Shown here in pieces: positions 11,860-23,047 of a stretch of 64,000 bases of DNA (positions are counted from its first letter, which is position 1; each line of letters opens with the position of its first letter). The notes beneath the pieces were generated by a model that saw only the letters and a list, made by a program, of their open reading frames with translations, was not told the origin of the DNA and searched no databases. Location: positions 200,758 to 264,757 of the forward strand of contig JAAOMT010000446.1 of NCBI GenBank assembly GCA_016748015.1, in the 5' to 3' direction. This DNA comes from Geosiphon pyriformis uo1. Lineage: Eukaryota; Fungi; Glomeromycota. The position numbers and the translations under genes are program-made.

Positions 11860-14162
11860 CTAATCTTGTCTTATTCTGGAGAGACAGTCAACATTGGTGT
11901 AGAGTTTTCCTGGTTTGTGATGTACTATGTATCAATAGTTTGCTAAAAATCCTGTCTATTGGGTTTGTTTTGCATTCAGCTGAGTATTTTTATTCTGAAG
12001 CCATTTGAGTCCAATATTATTAGTAATAATATCAAATTCTTTAGGCCTGAGATAAAAGTTGAAGTGGTGTAGAGCCCAAATTACAGCTGCTGTTTCTAGT
12101 TTTGTGGCAGAATAATTTTTCTCAGCTGGTTTTAATGTTTTGCTGGCATAAGCGATTACTCGCTCATTTCCATTGTCATCTAATTGTGATAGGATAGCAC
12201 CAAAGGCAGTATAAGAGGCATCTGTTGCTAATCGGAATTGGTTGCTGAAATTTGGGTAGGCGAGAATTGGAGCTGTTGTCAGTTTTTCCTTGAGAATTTC
12301 AAAAGCTTTTTGGTGTTTGGTAGTCTATTTGTATTCAACATTTTTGGTGGTGAACTGGTTGAGAAGTTTTGCAATTTTCGAAAATTCTTTGATAAACTTC
12401 TGATAGTAAAATGCTAATCCTATAAATCCTCTTAGTTCTGTAGTGTTTCGAGGAGTTTTGAAGTTTTTGACAACGCTAATTTTTCCAGGGTCTGGTTTGA
12501 TTCCATCTTTACTACCGATATGTCCAAGGAAAGCCAAACTTGTTTTTCCAAAGTAGCATTTTTTGATGTTAAGTTTTAGTTCTGCTTTTTGTAATCATTG
12601 AAAAACTTCTCACAGGTGTTTTAAGTGTAATTCGAACAATAGAAAATAAACATCAGTATTGTCAAAATAAATGACTACTGACTTCCAAAGAAGTCCTTGG
12701 TACACAATATCTATTAATCTCTGAAACATTGCTGGTGCATTGCATAATCCGAAAGGCATTATATTGAACTCGTAATTTCTGCCTTGGATGGTGAATGCTG
12801 TCTTGGGGTGATCTTTGGGATCCATAGCAACTTGCCAGTAACCGCTTTCTAAATCTAGTGTTGAAAAGTATTTGAATTTTTCAAGGGCATCTAACATGTC
12901 ATCAATCTGGGAAAGGGAGTAGGCATCTCCAATTGTAACACTGTTGAGTTGTTGATAGTCAACACAAAATTGGATCTTTCCATTTTTCTTTTTAACTAGC
13001 ACTACAGGTGAAGCCCAAGGACTCATGGAGGGTTGGATGAGCCTATTGTTAAGCATTCATTGTACTTCTTCTCAGATGAATTGGTGGCTTTCTGGAGCAA
13101 CTCAATATGCTTGTTGTCTTCTTGGTTTGGCATCTCCTGTATAAATTTGATGTTGAACCAAATTGGTTCTTCCTAAGTCATTGTTGTTTTCAGCAATGAT
13201 ATTGGCAAATTCTGCAATTAGCTCTTTGAGCTGGGTCTGTTGTTGTGGTTCAAGTTGTCCCATGTTGATTTGAAATAGTTTTTCCATAACAACATGGTAG
13301 TTTTTGGAGCTGGGGTTTGGATTGATTTTTGATAGTGAATGTCCAATAATTTCAGAGAAATCGGGGACTGTTTGGGGTAATTTTTGTTGAAATATATTAC
13401 TGTGAATAACTCCAATTTCTAAATTATTTAATAAAATTATGGGGTAATTATTGGGGTTGTAAAAAGTAACTCGGATTTTCTTTGTTCCTTCTGGAATATA
13501 AATGTTTAGGATTGAAATATTATGTTCCAAGCAGACTTGTTCATTGGATTCAAAAATTTGTTGTGTGGTTGTTGGCTTTGGGCAGATGTAGATTTCCGGA
13601 TGTTCTCCAAAGAGTGAGATGATAATTGGTTGTGGAAGTCTAAGAATCTGGTGGGATTCATTCTGTGTTTTAAGAGCTATATTAACTGGAACTGTGAATC
13701 ATCCAGTTGAACCAAAACCTTGGGTTCCTCTATCACTTTTTCCTAATTGTTGTCTTTAATTGACTAGTTGTAAACCCGAAATGTTGATTAGGGGTAGGTA
13801 AATAGCTTGGGCAATTTTTTCAGCATGTTCAATCTTGAATGGTTTGTCAGTTTCATTTTGAAGCATCACTGTAATGTCTCCAGTATATCCAGCATTGATT
13901 ATTCCTCTTCTGACATTGATTTCTTTGCTTGCCAGAGAGGACCAGGAGGTGATTTGAACCATTGCTTCTAGCAGGATTTCGAGTGCAATTTTGAGGTTGA
14001 TTTTTGTAAGAGATTTGGGTTTGAGAACAAGAGTATCCTTGTCTGAATATCTTAGATCATATCCAGCATCAATTTTGTGTGCTTTTTCGGGTTTTATTTC
14101 TTGTTTGTTGTTGTTGAAGTATTTAAGTTGTAAGACAGGCTGATTTTTGATAAGGTAGATGA
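11860..14162 (-). pseudogene. Element A polyprotein, 3' part: dUTPase, linker, RT, RNase H
   Basis: SPWASPVVLVKKKNGK, FSTLDLESGYWQV, MPFGLCNAP, YFDNTD (YLDD-like), FLGHI, TDAS, IAYASKTL; all in one frame with premature stops. Confidence 0.92.
13705..14135 (-). pseudogene. dut: dUTPase domain of element A
   Basis: AHKIDAGYDL (motif 1), SWSSLASK (RSS motif 2), GIINAGYTGDI (motif 3), KIAQAI (motif 4), RGTQGFGSTG (motif 5). Confidence 0.9.
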
Positions 14163-15151
14163 TGTTACCGGAGGTTTTTGGTTTCTTTTCTGTAATGTTG
14201 TTGATACTTATTTGCTGTGAATTCACGTTTTTAGGAAGTAGTTGAACCTCTAATAACTGAATTTATCTTCAAATTATCTCCTATAATTTGAACTGCTGGA
14301 CTTATAAGTGGAATGGCCAATTCCGTGCCAGTTGCTTTATGTAATTTGTAGTTACATTGTAGTAAATATCAACTCTTTCCCAGGAATTGCTTGTCTGGAA
14401 GCTCACTAAAAATGTGTAGTTACTTTGCTGTGAAAGTCAACTCTTCTACAGGAATCTTGTCTGTAGGCTACCTTAATGATTGTAATAAAAAAAAAAAAGA
14501 AAAATAAAAGAAGTGTAAAAGAAATAGGATTTTATCAAGGGAAACGTTTTCTATCTAGGCCTGAAGTCACTAACAGTTTACTGAAATTGGTAGCTAATCA
14601 ATTTCAAAATGTTAGTTGGGTTTTGAGGATTTTTCTAAGTGCAATAATTTAAAAAATTTGGTTTTTCGAATTATTTGATATTTATTTCTTTTTGTGTATA
14701 TAAGAACGGTTTTGAGAGATAAATCTAAAGTAAGATACATTTTCTCGAAGAGAGAAGCTCTTCTTTTATACAATTTGTCATAACACTATTCTATGAACTT
14801 GAACTTTGCTATTTTCTACAATTTTGCTGAACTAAAGATACATTTTAGCAAACTACAAGTTATTTCTATGAACTATTAGATATTTCAGTGAACTATCAAT
14901 TATTTCGGCAAATTTCTATAAATTTCGGCAAACTTTTGAATGTTACATAGTTTGGGGTTTTGCATGATTGATTATCACAATTAGGTTACATTTGTGTTGT
15001 GTACAATTTGGGTTATTAATTAAATGATAATTTCAGACATTCTTTGCTAATGTAATAAGTGATAATTTAAAACAATAATATATGCTAATTAATGATAAGA
15101 ATTATGAGATAGTTTTATGCTAAATAATATCTCTAATTTCGTCTGGTAACA
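14163..15151 (-). repeat. 3' LTR of element B
   Basis: tgttacc...ctggtaaca, followed by the PPT complement taacctcctcctcaag (15152-15167). Confidence 0.93.
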
Positions 15152-15839
15152 TAACCTCCTCCTCAAGACTGAGCTCCGTCAAAGTCCAAGTACTGTCTGT
15201 TATTTCCAGATAATAATCCAAAATTATTGAAGAAATTTGGTCTGAAAATTGTTGAAATTTCAGTTCTGTGAGCTTTTCAATGTATTGAATCTTCAAAGGT
15301 TGAAAAATTGGGTTTTGTAGTACAATTTTACAGGTGTGAAATAGGTGATAAAGTCTAAGAGCAGCTCTAAGCCTGTAGCGACTGTTTGTTGATCCAGCTG
15401 TTGTCTTGAATTTGTTGTGGAGTTGTTTCTGAATAGCTTCTTTTGTGAGGTTTGCTGTTATAAGTTCCAGTTTTTGTTCATAGAGTGTTTTTCCAATGTG
15501 AAAATATCTATAGATTGGAGGATATTCGGTGTTTTCCTCATTGAGACACAGTTGAAGTTTTTGTTGAATTGTAGCATTTAGTGGAATACTAATCGGAGTG
15601 AGCATTAGGTTTTCTTTTAAAGCAAGCTTTAAAAGTTTTGGCAGGTAAATTCCAGAATAACTTCTTGTGTTCTTCTTATATGAGTGATATTTTCGTGAAT
15701 TTGGGGCTAAATTTGTAACTACTTTTGTTTGGGTATAATTAATGTGGTTTCCAGTAACAGTAATGGATAATTCGGGTATTGTTTTTAAAGCTAACATTAG
15801 TTTTTGGGATAATTGTTGAATGTTTTGAGGAATAGTCAT
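15120..15839 (-). CDS. ORF3 of element B: ~239-aa protein of unknown function, intact frame
   Basis: MTIPQNIQQL...LPDEIRDII*; homologue of A ORF3. Confidence 0.75.
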   Translation of the reverse strand: MTIPQNIQQLSQKLMLALKTIPELSITVTGNHINYTQTKVVTNLAPNSRKYHSYKKNTRSYSGIYLPKLLKLALKENLMLTPISIPLNATIQQKLQLCLNEENTEYPPIYRYFHIGKTLYEQKLELITANLTKEAIQKQLHNKFKTTAGSTNSRYRLRAALRLYHLFHTCKIVLQNPIFQPLKIQYIEKLTELKFQQFSDQISSIILDYYLEITDSTWTLTELSLEEEVMLPDEIRDII

Positions 15840-15955
15840 TATAAGCAATTGAAAAAATAAAAAATTATTTTTGGTGTATGGGTTTTTATGTTATTTTTTG
15901 TTTTGTTTTTGTGAGATTGTTTCTAAATTATAAGAGAATAACTAGTAAAATTAAA

Positions 15956-17341
15956 TTAAGTGTTCAGTTTAGAAAGTTGTTCAATAACAACTATTGGTTC
16001 TAAGTTTCGGGGAATATCTTTAGGACTAACCAAAGGAGAATGTGTACCAATTTGTGGAATTAGTGGTTCAGGATTGTTTCTGGAATAATAGTGTTTCAAA
16101 CGATCTCCATGTGCAACTTTTGCTAGAATTTTGTCATCAAGTCTTAGCTTGTATGATCCGTTGCCTAGAACTTCATGGATAAAAAATGGTCCATCCCATT
16201 TATTTTCAAATTTTCCACTCCATTGTTTTTCAGCTTTAGTTCTGTGTAAGAGAACTTTGTTTCCAATTTTGAATTTATTGGTGACTGAAGGCAATTTGTT
16301 ATCATGCCATTCTTTTTGTTGAGCTTGGGAGTGTTCAATATGGGTGGCTGCTATTCGTCATTTTCCTTCTAATGTGCTAAGCAGAGTGTAGGCTCTTCCT
16401 TGAAGCATTTCTTAGAAATTGTTTTCATCAATTGGTTGTGCTGGGTATGTTTCTACTGTGAAACTAATTGGTAACGTTGCCGTCATTCCATAAGTTAAAT
16501 CAAATGATGTGTGTTTCGTGGTATCTTGTTTTAATGTCCTATATGCTAGTAACACTAATGGAATAAAGAGATCCCATTCTTGCTCAAAATCGGTTAAAAC
16601 TTTAGCTAATGACTCACACAATGTTCTGTTAAAACGTTCCACAAATCCGTTTGTTTGTGGATGGTAGGGCGAAGACAGAGGTCTTTTGACATTAAATCAT
16701 TCACAAATTTCTTGTATCAGGTTGTTCACAAAGTGTGTTCCCTGATTGGATAAAAGTTTAATTGGACATCCATGTCTACAAATGATGTCTTCGTAGATGA
16801 AATTTGCTACTGATTTTGCATCTGCTCGTTGAATGGCTCTGGCTTCAGGCCATTTAGTAAGATAGTCTACAGCTACTGCAATATAACGGTTTCCTTGAGT
16901 GGTGATAGATAATGGTCTGACTAAATCGATACCAACTCTGTCAAAAGGCTGTCCAACTTTGATTGGGTTTAAAGATTCTGTAGGGCAAGTTTCTCCTTTT
17001 CTTTGACAACTATCACAAAATTCGACATATTTGTGAATGTCTTTTCTCATTTGAGGCCAAAAGTAGTATTCTAGTGTTCTTTGGGTGGTGCTATCTTTTC
17101 TGAAGTGTGCTGATGAAGGATCTGAGTGCATATTGTATAAAATGGTCTCTTTTTCCTGTTTTTGTATTAATCTGAGTGGTTTGGTTGGGTTTTTGAAATT
17201 TCGATGATAGATAATGTTGTTGTGTAGAAAATATTGTTTGGCTTGTTGTTGTAACCAATGGTTTTTATCTGGAGACCAATCTGTTGAAATTGTTAATGTC
17301 TCCAAATATTGTTTGAGATTGTTGTAGTTTTCAGGGTTCAT
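15956..17341 (-). pseudogene. Integrase ORF of element B
   Basis: Starts MNPENYNN; H-x6-H...CDSC zinc finger; GIDLV, VDYLTKWPEA, LLSNQGTHF, ERFNRTL; GPF module; a few internal stops; no chromodomain. Confidence 0.92.
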
Positions 17342-17393
17342 TGTTTGTTGTTTTGATGCTGTTAATTCAAATGGGTGTTGATTTTTTTTTTTT

Positions 17394-20300
17394 CTAATCT
17401 TGCCTCATTCTTGAGAAACAATCAACGTTGGTGTGGAGTTTTTCTGGTTTGTGGTATACGATATATTAGTAATTAGCTAAAAATCCTGTTCATCAAGTTT
17501 GTTTTGTGTTTAGCTAGATGTTTTTGTTTTGAAGCCATTTAAGTTCAATATTATCAGTGATAATATCGAATTCTTTGGGTCTGAGGTAAAGATTGAAGTA
17601 ATGTAGGGCCCAAATTACTGCTGCAGTTTCTAATTTTGTTGCGAGATAGTTCTTTTTGGCTGGCTTTAATGTTCTACTAGCATAAGCAATTACTCGCTCA
17701 TTTCCATTGTCATCTAACTGTGATAGGATGGCACTAAAGGCAGTATAAAAAGCATCAGTTGCTAACTGGAATCGGTTGTTGAAGTCTGGATAGGCGAGGA
17801 TTGGAGCTGTTGTGAGTTTTTTCTTAAGTATCTCGAAGGCATTTTGGTGTTCTTTTGTCCATTTGTATTCGACATTTTTAGTAGTGAGCTGGTTAAGGAG
17901 TTTTGCAATTTCTGAGAATCCTTTGATGAATTTTTGGTTATAGGATGCTAATCCAATAAATCTTCTTAATTCTGTGATATTTCATGGAGTTTTGAAGTTT
18001 TTGATAATACTAATTTTTCCGGGGTCTGGTTTAATTCCATCTTTGTTAACAATGTGACCAAAAAAAGCTAAACTTGTTTTTCCGAAGTAGTATTTTTCAA
18101 TGTTCAGTTTCAATCCTGCTTTCCGTAATTGTTGAAAAACTTCTCGCAGGTAAATTAAATATAGCTCGAAAGATGGTGAATAAACATCAGTGTTATTAAG
18201 ATAAACTACTACTGATTTCCAAAGGAGACCTTTGTAAACAACATCCATAAGTCTTTGGAATGTTGCTGGTGCATTGCATAATCCAAAAGGCATTACATTG
18301 AACTCGTAATTTCCTCCTTAAGTAGTGAATGCTGTTTTGGAGTGGTCTTTGGGATCCATAGCAACTTGCCAGTATTCACTCTTTAAATCTAATGTTGAAA
18401 AGTATTTGAACTTTCCAAGAGCATCCAACATGTCATCAATTCGGGGAAGAGGGTAGGCATCCCCAATGGTGACAATGTTGAGTTGTCAGTAATCAACACA
18501 AAATCATATCTTTCCATTTTTCTTTTTAACTAAGACCACAGGTAAGGCCCATGAGCTCATTGATGGTTGAATAAGCCCATTGTTAAGCATCCATTGTACT
18601 TCTTCTCAGATAAATTGGTGACTTTCTGGGGCGACTCGGTAGGCTTGTTGTCGCCTTGGTTTGGCATCTCCTGTATAGATTTGGTGTTGAACCAAATCAG
18701 TTCTTTCTAAGTCATTGTTGTTTTCGGCGAAGATGTCAGCAAATTCTGCAATTAGCTCTTTGAGCTGGGTCTGTTGTTGTGGTTCAAGTTGTTCTATGTT
18801 GATTCGAGATAGTTTTTCCATGACAACATGGTAGTTTTCAGAGCTAGGGTTTGGGTTGATTTTTGGTAGTGAATGTCTAATAATTTTAGGGAAATCGGGG
18901 ACTGTTTGGGGTAATTCTTGTTGAAATATATTACTGTGAATAATTCCAATTTCTAAATTATTTAATAAAATTATGGGGTAATTATTGGGGTTGTAAAAAG
19001 TAACTCGGACTTTCTTTGTTCCCTCTGGAATATAAATGTTTGGGATCAAAATATTATGTTCCAAGCAGACTTGTTCATTAGACTCAAAAATTTGTTGTGT
19101 GGTTGTTGGCTTTGGACAAATGTAGATTTCCGGATGTTCTCCAAAGAGTGAGATGATAATTGGTTGTGAAAGTCTGAGAATCTGGTGAAATTCGTTCTGT
19201 GTGTTAAGAGCTATATTAACTAGAACTGTGAATTGTCCAGTTGAACCAAAACCTTGGGTTCCTCTATCACTTTTTCCTAATTGTTCTCTTTAATTGACTA
19301 GTTGCAAACCCGAAATGTTGATTAAGAGTAGGTAAATAGCTTGGGCAATTTTTTCAGCATGTTCGATCTTGAATGGTTTGTCAGTTTCATTTTGAAGCAT
19401 CACTGTTATGTCTTCAGTATATCCAGCATCAATTATTCCTTCTCTGACATTGATTCCTTTGCTTGCCAGAGAGGACCGGGAGGCAATTTGAATCATTGCT
19501 CCTGGCGGGATTTCGAGTGCAATTTTGAGATTGATTTTTGTAAGAGATTTGGGTTTGAGAACAAAAGTATCCTTGCCTGGATATCTTAGGTCATATCCAG
19601 CATCAATTTTGTGTGCTTTTTTGGGTTTTATTCCTTGTCCGTTGTTGTTAAAGTATTTAAGTTGTAAGACAGGCTAATTTTCAATAAGGTAGATGAATGT
19701 TGTTTTAATTTCTTTCATTTCTTCAGGTTCTCCAAATTCAATTTCATTCTCATCATTTTTGCTGGGCAAGGAGATACTAAGAGCATAGCATTCAGGACAC
19801 CATTGTTTATCACAAGGCATAATGCATTCTTCACATAGCCTAATGTTCATTTGCTCTAATCATTGAATTTGAGCTTTTTGGGTCGGGTAGGTGTGACTTG
19901 CAATTTGGTGGTAAACTTCTACTTCATCTTCGTAATTGAATCCAGCTAATTCTATAGTGTATTGAATGTATTCTGCTTCCTTCATTTGACAAACATCTTC
20001 TTTGGTAGCTCTATTAATTAGTGCCATTGCTAAGTCGAAAATCATCTCGGCATCATAAGGGTAGTGATAAAGTTTGTTGAGAGCACTGTTGTATGCTGCA
20101 TTAAAGGGTGTTCCTCTTTTTACTTTTTCTGAAATTGATAAAGCATATTGGCAGGTCTGATTGCAGACGCCTCCTCTCATTGCTACATCAATCTAATTGT
20201 ATTCTTCCGGTAGCATATCTCCACAAGTCAAACAAGGGGTGTTGTCCCATTTTCCATTCTTTTTTATTAGATGGCCCCATTGTTCTCTGTGGCAAACCTT

Positions 20301-23030
20301 GCAGTAATAACAAGTATGATTCTTATATTCTTTTTAGGTGAAATGCAGGCTTCCATTGACGATAGTTTCTTGTGGCAGTCCTTACATTTAAGAGGAATAT
20401 AGGGGCATTGTTTTCTTGGTTTGGGTTTTGAGTAAGGTATATTCCATTCAGAGATTTCAGGTTTAGTGTGTGGGGTAAAATGTTCTTGTTCTGTTTCATC
20501 AGCCCAGTTGGACGTTGATCCAAGAGCCATGAATGTTTCGATTATTGGTTTTTCTTCTTCTGGTTCAAATTCAAAAGCTAGGGCTTTTTCAGAGTGTTTG
20601 TTGAATATACCACAAATGGCAGATACCTGGGCGTGTTATCCTTGGTAGGAGATTGTTAACTCTTGTGTTTCCCAATTCAGATTAGCATTGGCTTTTTGAA
20701 GCCAATCATTTCCGACAAGAGCTTGGTATTGGGATGCGTCCATTACAAGAACTTTGACTGGAATGGTAATTCCATCAATAGTGAATGGAAAATTGTCAAT
20801 TTCTCCTACTAGTGTCTTTTTCATGCCATCAGCAGTGACAATTACTGTTTGAGCTGGTCAGTCAACATTTCTTTTCAACTGTTGCATTAACTGGTAGGTA
20901 ATAATGCTTCTGGTGGATCCACTGTCTAGGATCAAGTGAATTGGCTTTCTTTTTACTTCAGCTTCTGTGTATATTGCAGTGATGGCTTTTTGCTTATTAG
21001 CTGCTGCATTGCTAAGCAAGAATGGTGATTCATTTGCTTCAAATTCAAAAGGAAAGATATCAGAAAGATTGGCGTTTTCAGCAATTCAGGCTGGTGGAAT
21101 AGTGATGTGGTTATGAGAAGGGTTTCATTGTTGTTGTGCTACAGCTCTATCTTCCGGGAGTACAATATGGTGAAAATCCTGTTCTTCTGGCATTGTTAAA
21201 TAACTGGGTTGAGTGTGGTAGTGGTTGGGTCTTGGTTGAGTGGTATTTTGAGGAACCAATTGGTTGTTCGAACTGATTCTACTGTTGTTTACTTGGTATC
21301 AGTTTTGTGGTGTAAATTGATTTTGTGTAATCAGTCTTCAAGCAGGTACTTGATAATGTTATGTGGATGGTTGTTGGTATTGCTGTTGGATTGGTTGTGG
21401 GGCGGGCTGATAATAGTTATTTTGGTATTAGGGTCTTGGTAAATAGTAAGCTGGTGGTGATGGTTGATAATAAGATTGCTGTGGTGGAGAGTAACATTGA
21501 TTACCCCTATTTTGTTGGTCTCGTTGCAGCTTTCTGCAATCTCTTTTCCAGTGGTCAGAGATTCTACAGTAATGGCAATTCTGGGACTGGTTATTGAAAA
21601 GTGGTGCAAAGTTATTTTGATTTCGTCTTTGGAGTGGTTGATATTTTTGGGGTTGTTGTTGTTGTTGGTTGGTAAAATAGTTTTTGACCTTCTTTGTGAG
21701 TTGGTCAATTTTTTCTTCGGCTGCTGAGCTGGTTTCTCCAATTGCCAAATTTACAAGTTTTGTACAATTGGCTTCTTCCATGGCCATTTTGTATCTTTTT
21801 GCATGCTGTATGACAGAGTTTAAATCTTCTGGTGTGTGTGGGCGAACTTTTTTAATTAGTTTATCTTTTAGACCAGCAATAAATTAATCCAAAATTTGAG
21901 CATCGGAATAATAATTGTTTGTCTCGAGTTGGCAAATCCGTCTAAGAAGTTTGTTGAATTTCCCAATATAAGTCATAACGAATTCGGAGGGTTCTTGTTT
22001 GATATTTCGAAAACAATTGTGAAAAGTGATGGAGGTATTATTGTCGGTGAACTGTTCAAGGAAGGCTGCTTTGAAAGCATTCTAATCATTGAATGGGGCA
22101 GCAAGGTTTTCAAACCATTCTTCTGCTGTTCCTTTGAGAAAGTAGGGAATTGTTCTTAACATTCTGGCAGCATTCTATTTATTTGCATCTCCAGCTTTAA
22201 TAACTTGGTCAAGTCATTCTTGGGGACTGGTCTCAATATCTTTTCCATTGAATTCAAGAATTTTTGCAATGTATGTTGTCATTTCGTCTTCTTCATTTTT
22301 ACTGTCTATTGATTCTTCTTCAGTTATTTCAGAGTTGTTTTCTTCATTTGCTGCTGTCTCAGAGTGTTCACTTTGATTTTCAGCTAGAAAATCAAGAAGA
22401 TTGGAACTAGTTTGAAGGGGTTTTTGTTGTCTGGTGGGACTTCTGAGTGATGTAAAATCTTCTGGTCTTGCAAATCAATTCAAGGGTGAATTAGGTGTTT
22501 GTGCTTGTGCAAGTGAAGCTGGAAAAGGTGTGATAGTAAGTAAAAGTTTTGAGCTGGTTCCTTGTTCAGGTGTTTGTAGATGTTTGAATAATATTTTGGA
22601 AGTATTGGGTGTTGTGTGAACAGGTCAGTTATCTTTTTGTCTTTTGTTGCTACTGGTTTCAGGTTCAGATTCGAGTTCAAAGACAAATTGTGCGTTTGCA
22701 GGATATTTTTCTTCGCAAAATCAAATAATATTATAATCGAGTTCCTCAAAATAAGTAGCGCAAGCTTCAGCACTAATGTTTTCTGATTCAGTGTTAGAAT
22801 AGTGTAGTATGTTCTCAAGAAAATCTCTTTTAACTATTGTAATGTTATAGTTCCCAAAGAGGTAGTTATTGATTTGATTTTCAATATATTGAAAAAGTGT
22901 TTTCTTGAAAGCTATAATTTCATCGCGTATTTCAAATTGTTGTTTGCAGTGTGTGTAAATTGATTGATAGTACTCTAAGATTGTGATGTCTGAGGCGGTT
23001 GCCACTTTGAATTTGTTGTTGTGTTATTTC
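17394..23030 (-). pseudogene. Element B ORF1 polyprotein: N-terminal extension, Gag (CA-like and CCHC knuckle), aspartic protease, Cys-rich domain, dUTPase, RT, RNase H
   Basis: CHYCRISDHWKRDC, LILDSGS, GIIDAGYTEDI, GFGSTG, MPFGLCNAPATFQR, YLNNTD; one frame except a single 1-nt deletion near 20330; ends RMRQD*. Confidence 0.92.
19237..19665 (-). pseudogene. dut: dUTPase domain of element B
   Basis: DAGYDL, ASRSSLASKG, GIIDAGYTEDI, KIAQAI, RGTQGFGSTG. Confidence 0.9.
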
Positions 23031-23035
23031 TGTAA

Positions 23036-23045
23036 GAGAGCACCA
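23036..23045 (-). other. Primer-binding site of element B (TGGTGCTCTC)
   Basis: Starts with TGG, 2 nt after the 5' LTR end; identical core in A. The cognate tRNA was not identified. Confidence 0.75.
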
Positions 23046-23047
23046 AA

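Noticed and set aside
13756-14226. 156-aa ORF as a stand-alone dUTPase gene
   Set aside because: Its N-terminus is B's LTR fused by chance in frame to A's pol; motif 5 is cut off by a stop.
15120-15848. ORF3 as an envelope gene
   Set aside because: It sits in the env position but has no signal peptide, TM anchor or cleavage and fusion pattern, and it is short.
15956-16100. Chromodomain at the integrase C-terminus
   Set aside because: Only ~45 low-complexity residues follow the GPY/F module, with no aromatic-cage pattern.
21209-22159. Plus-strand ORFs over gag/pol (also 10598, 16131, 25236-27092, 44764-45456, 49703-51618) and alternative-frame minus-strand ORFs (21331-21741, 25666-26076)
   Set aside because: Shadow frames of the polyprotein; their recurrence in A and B reflects nucleotide identity only.
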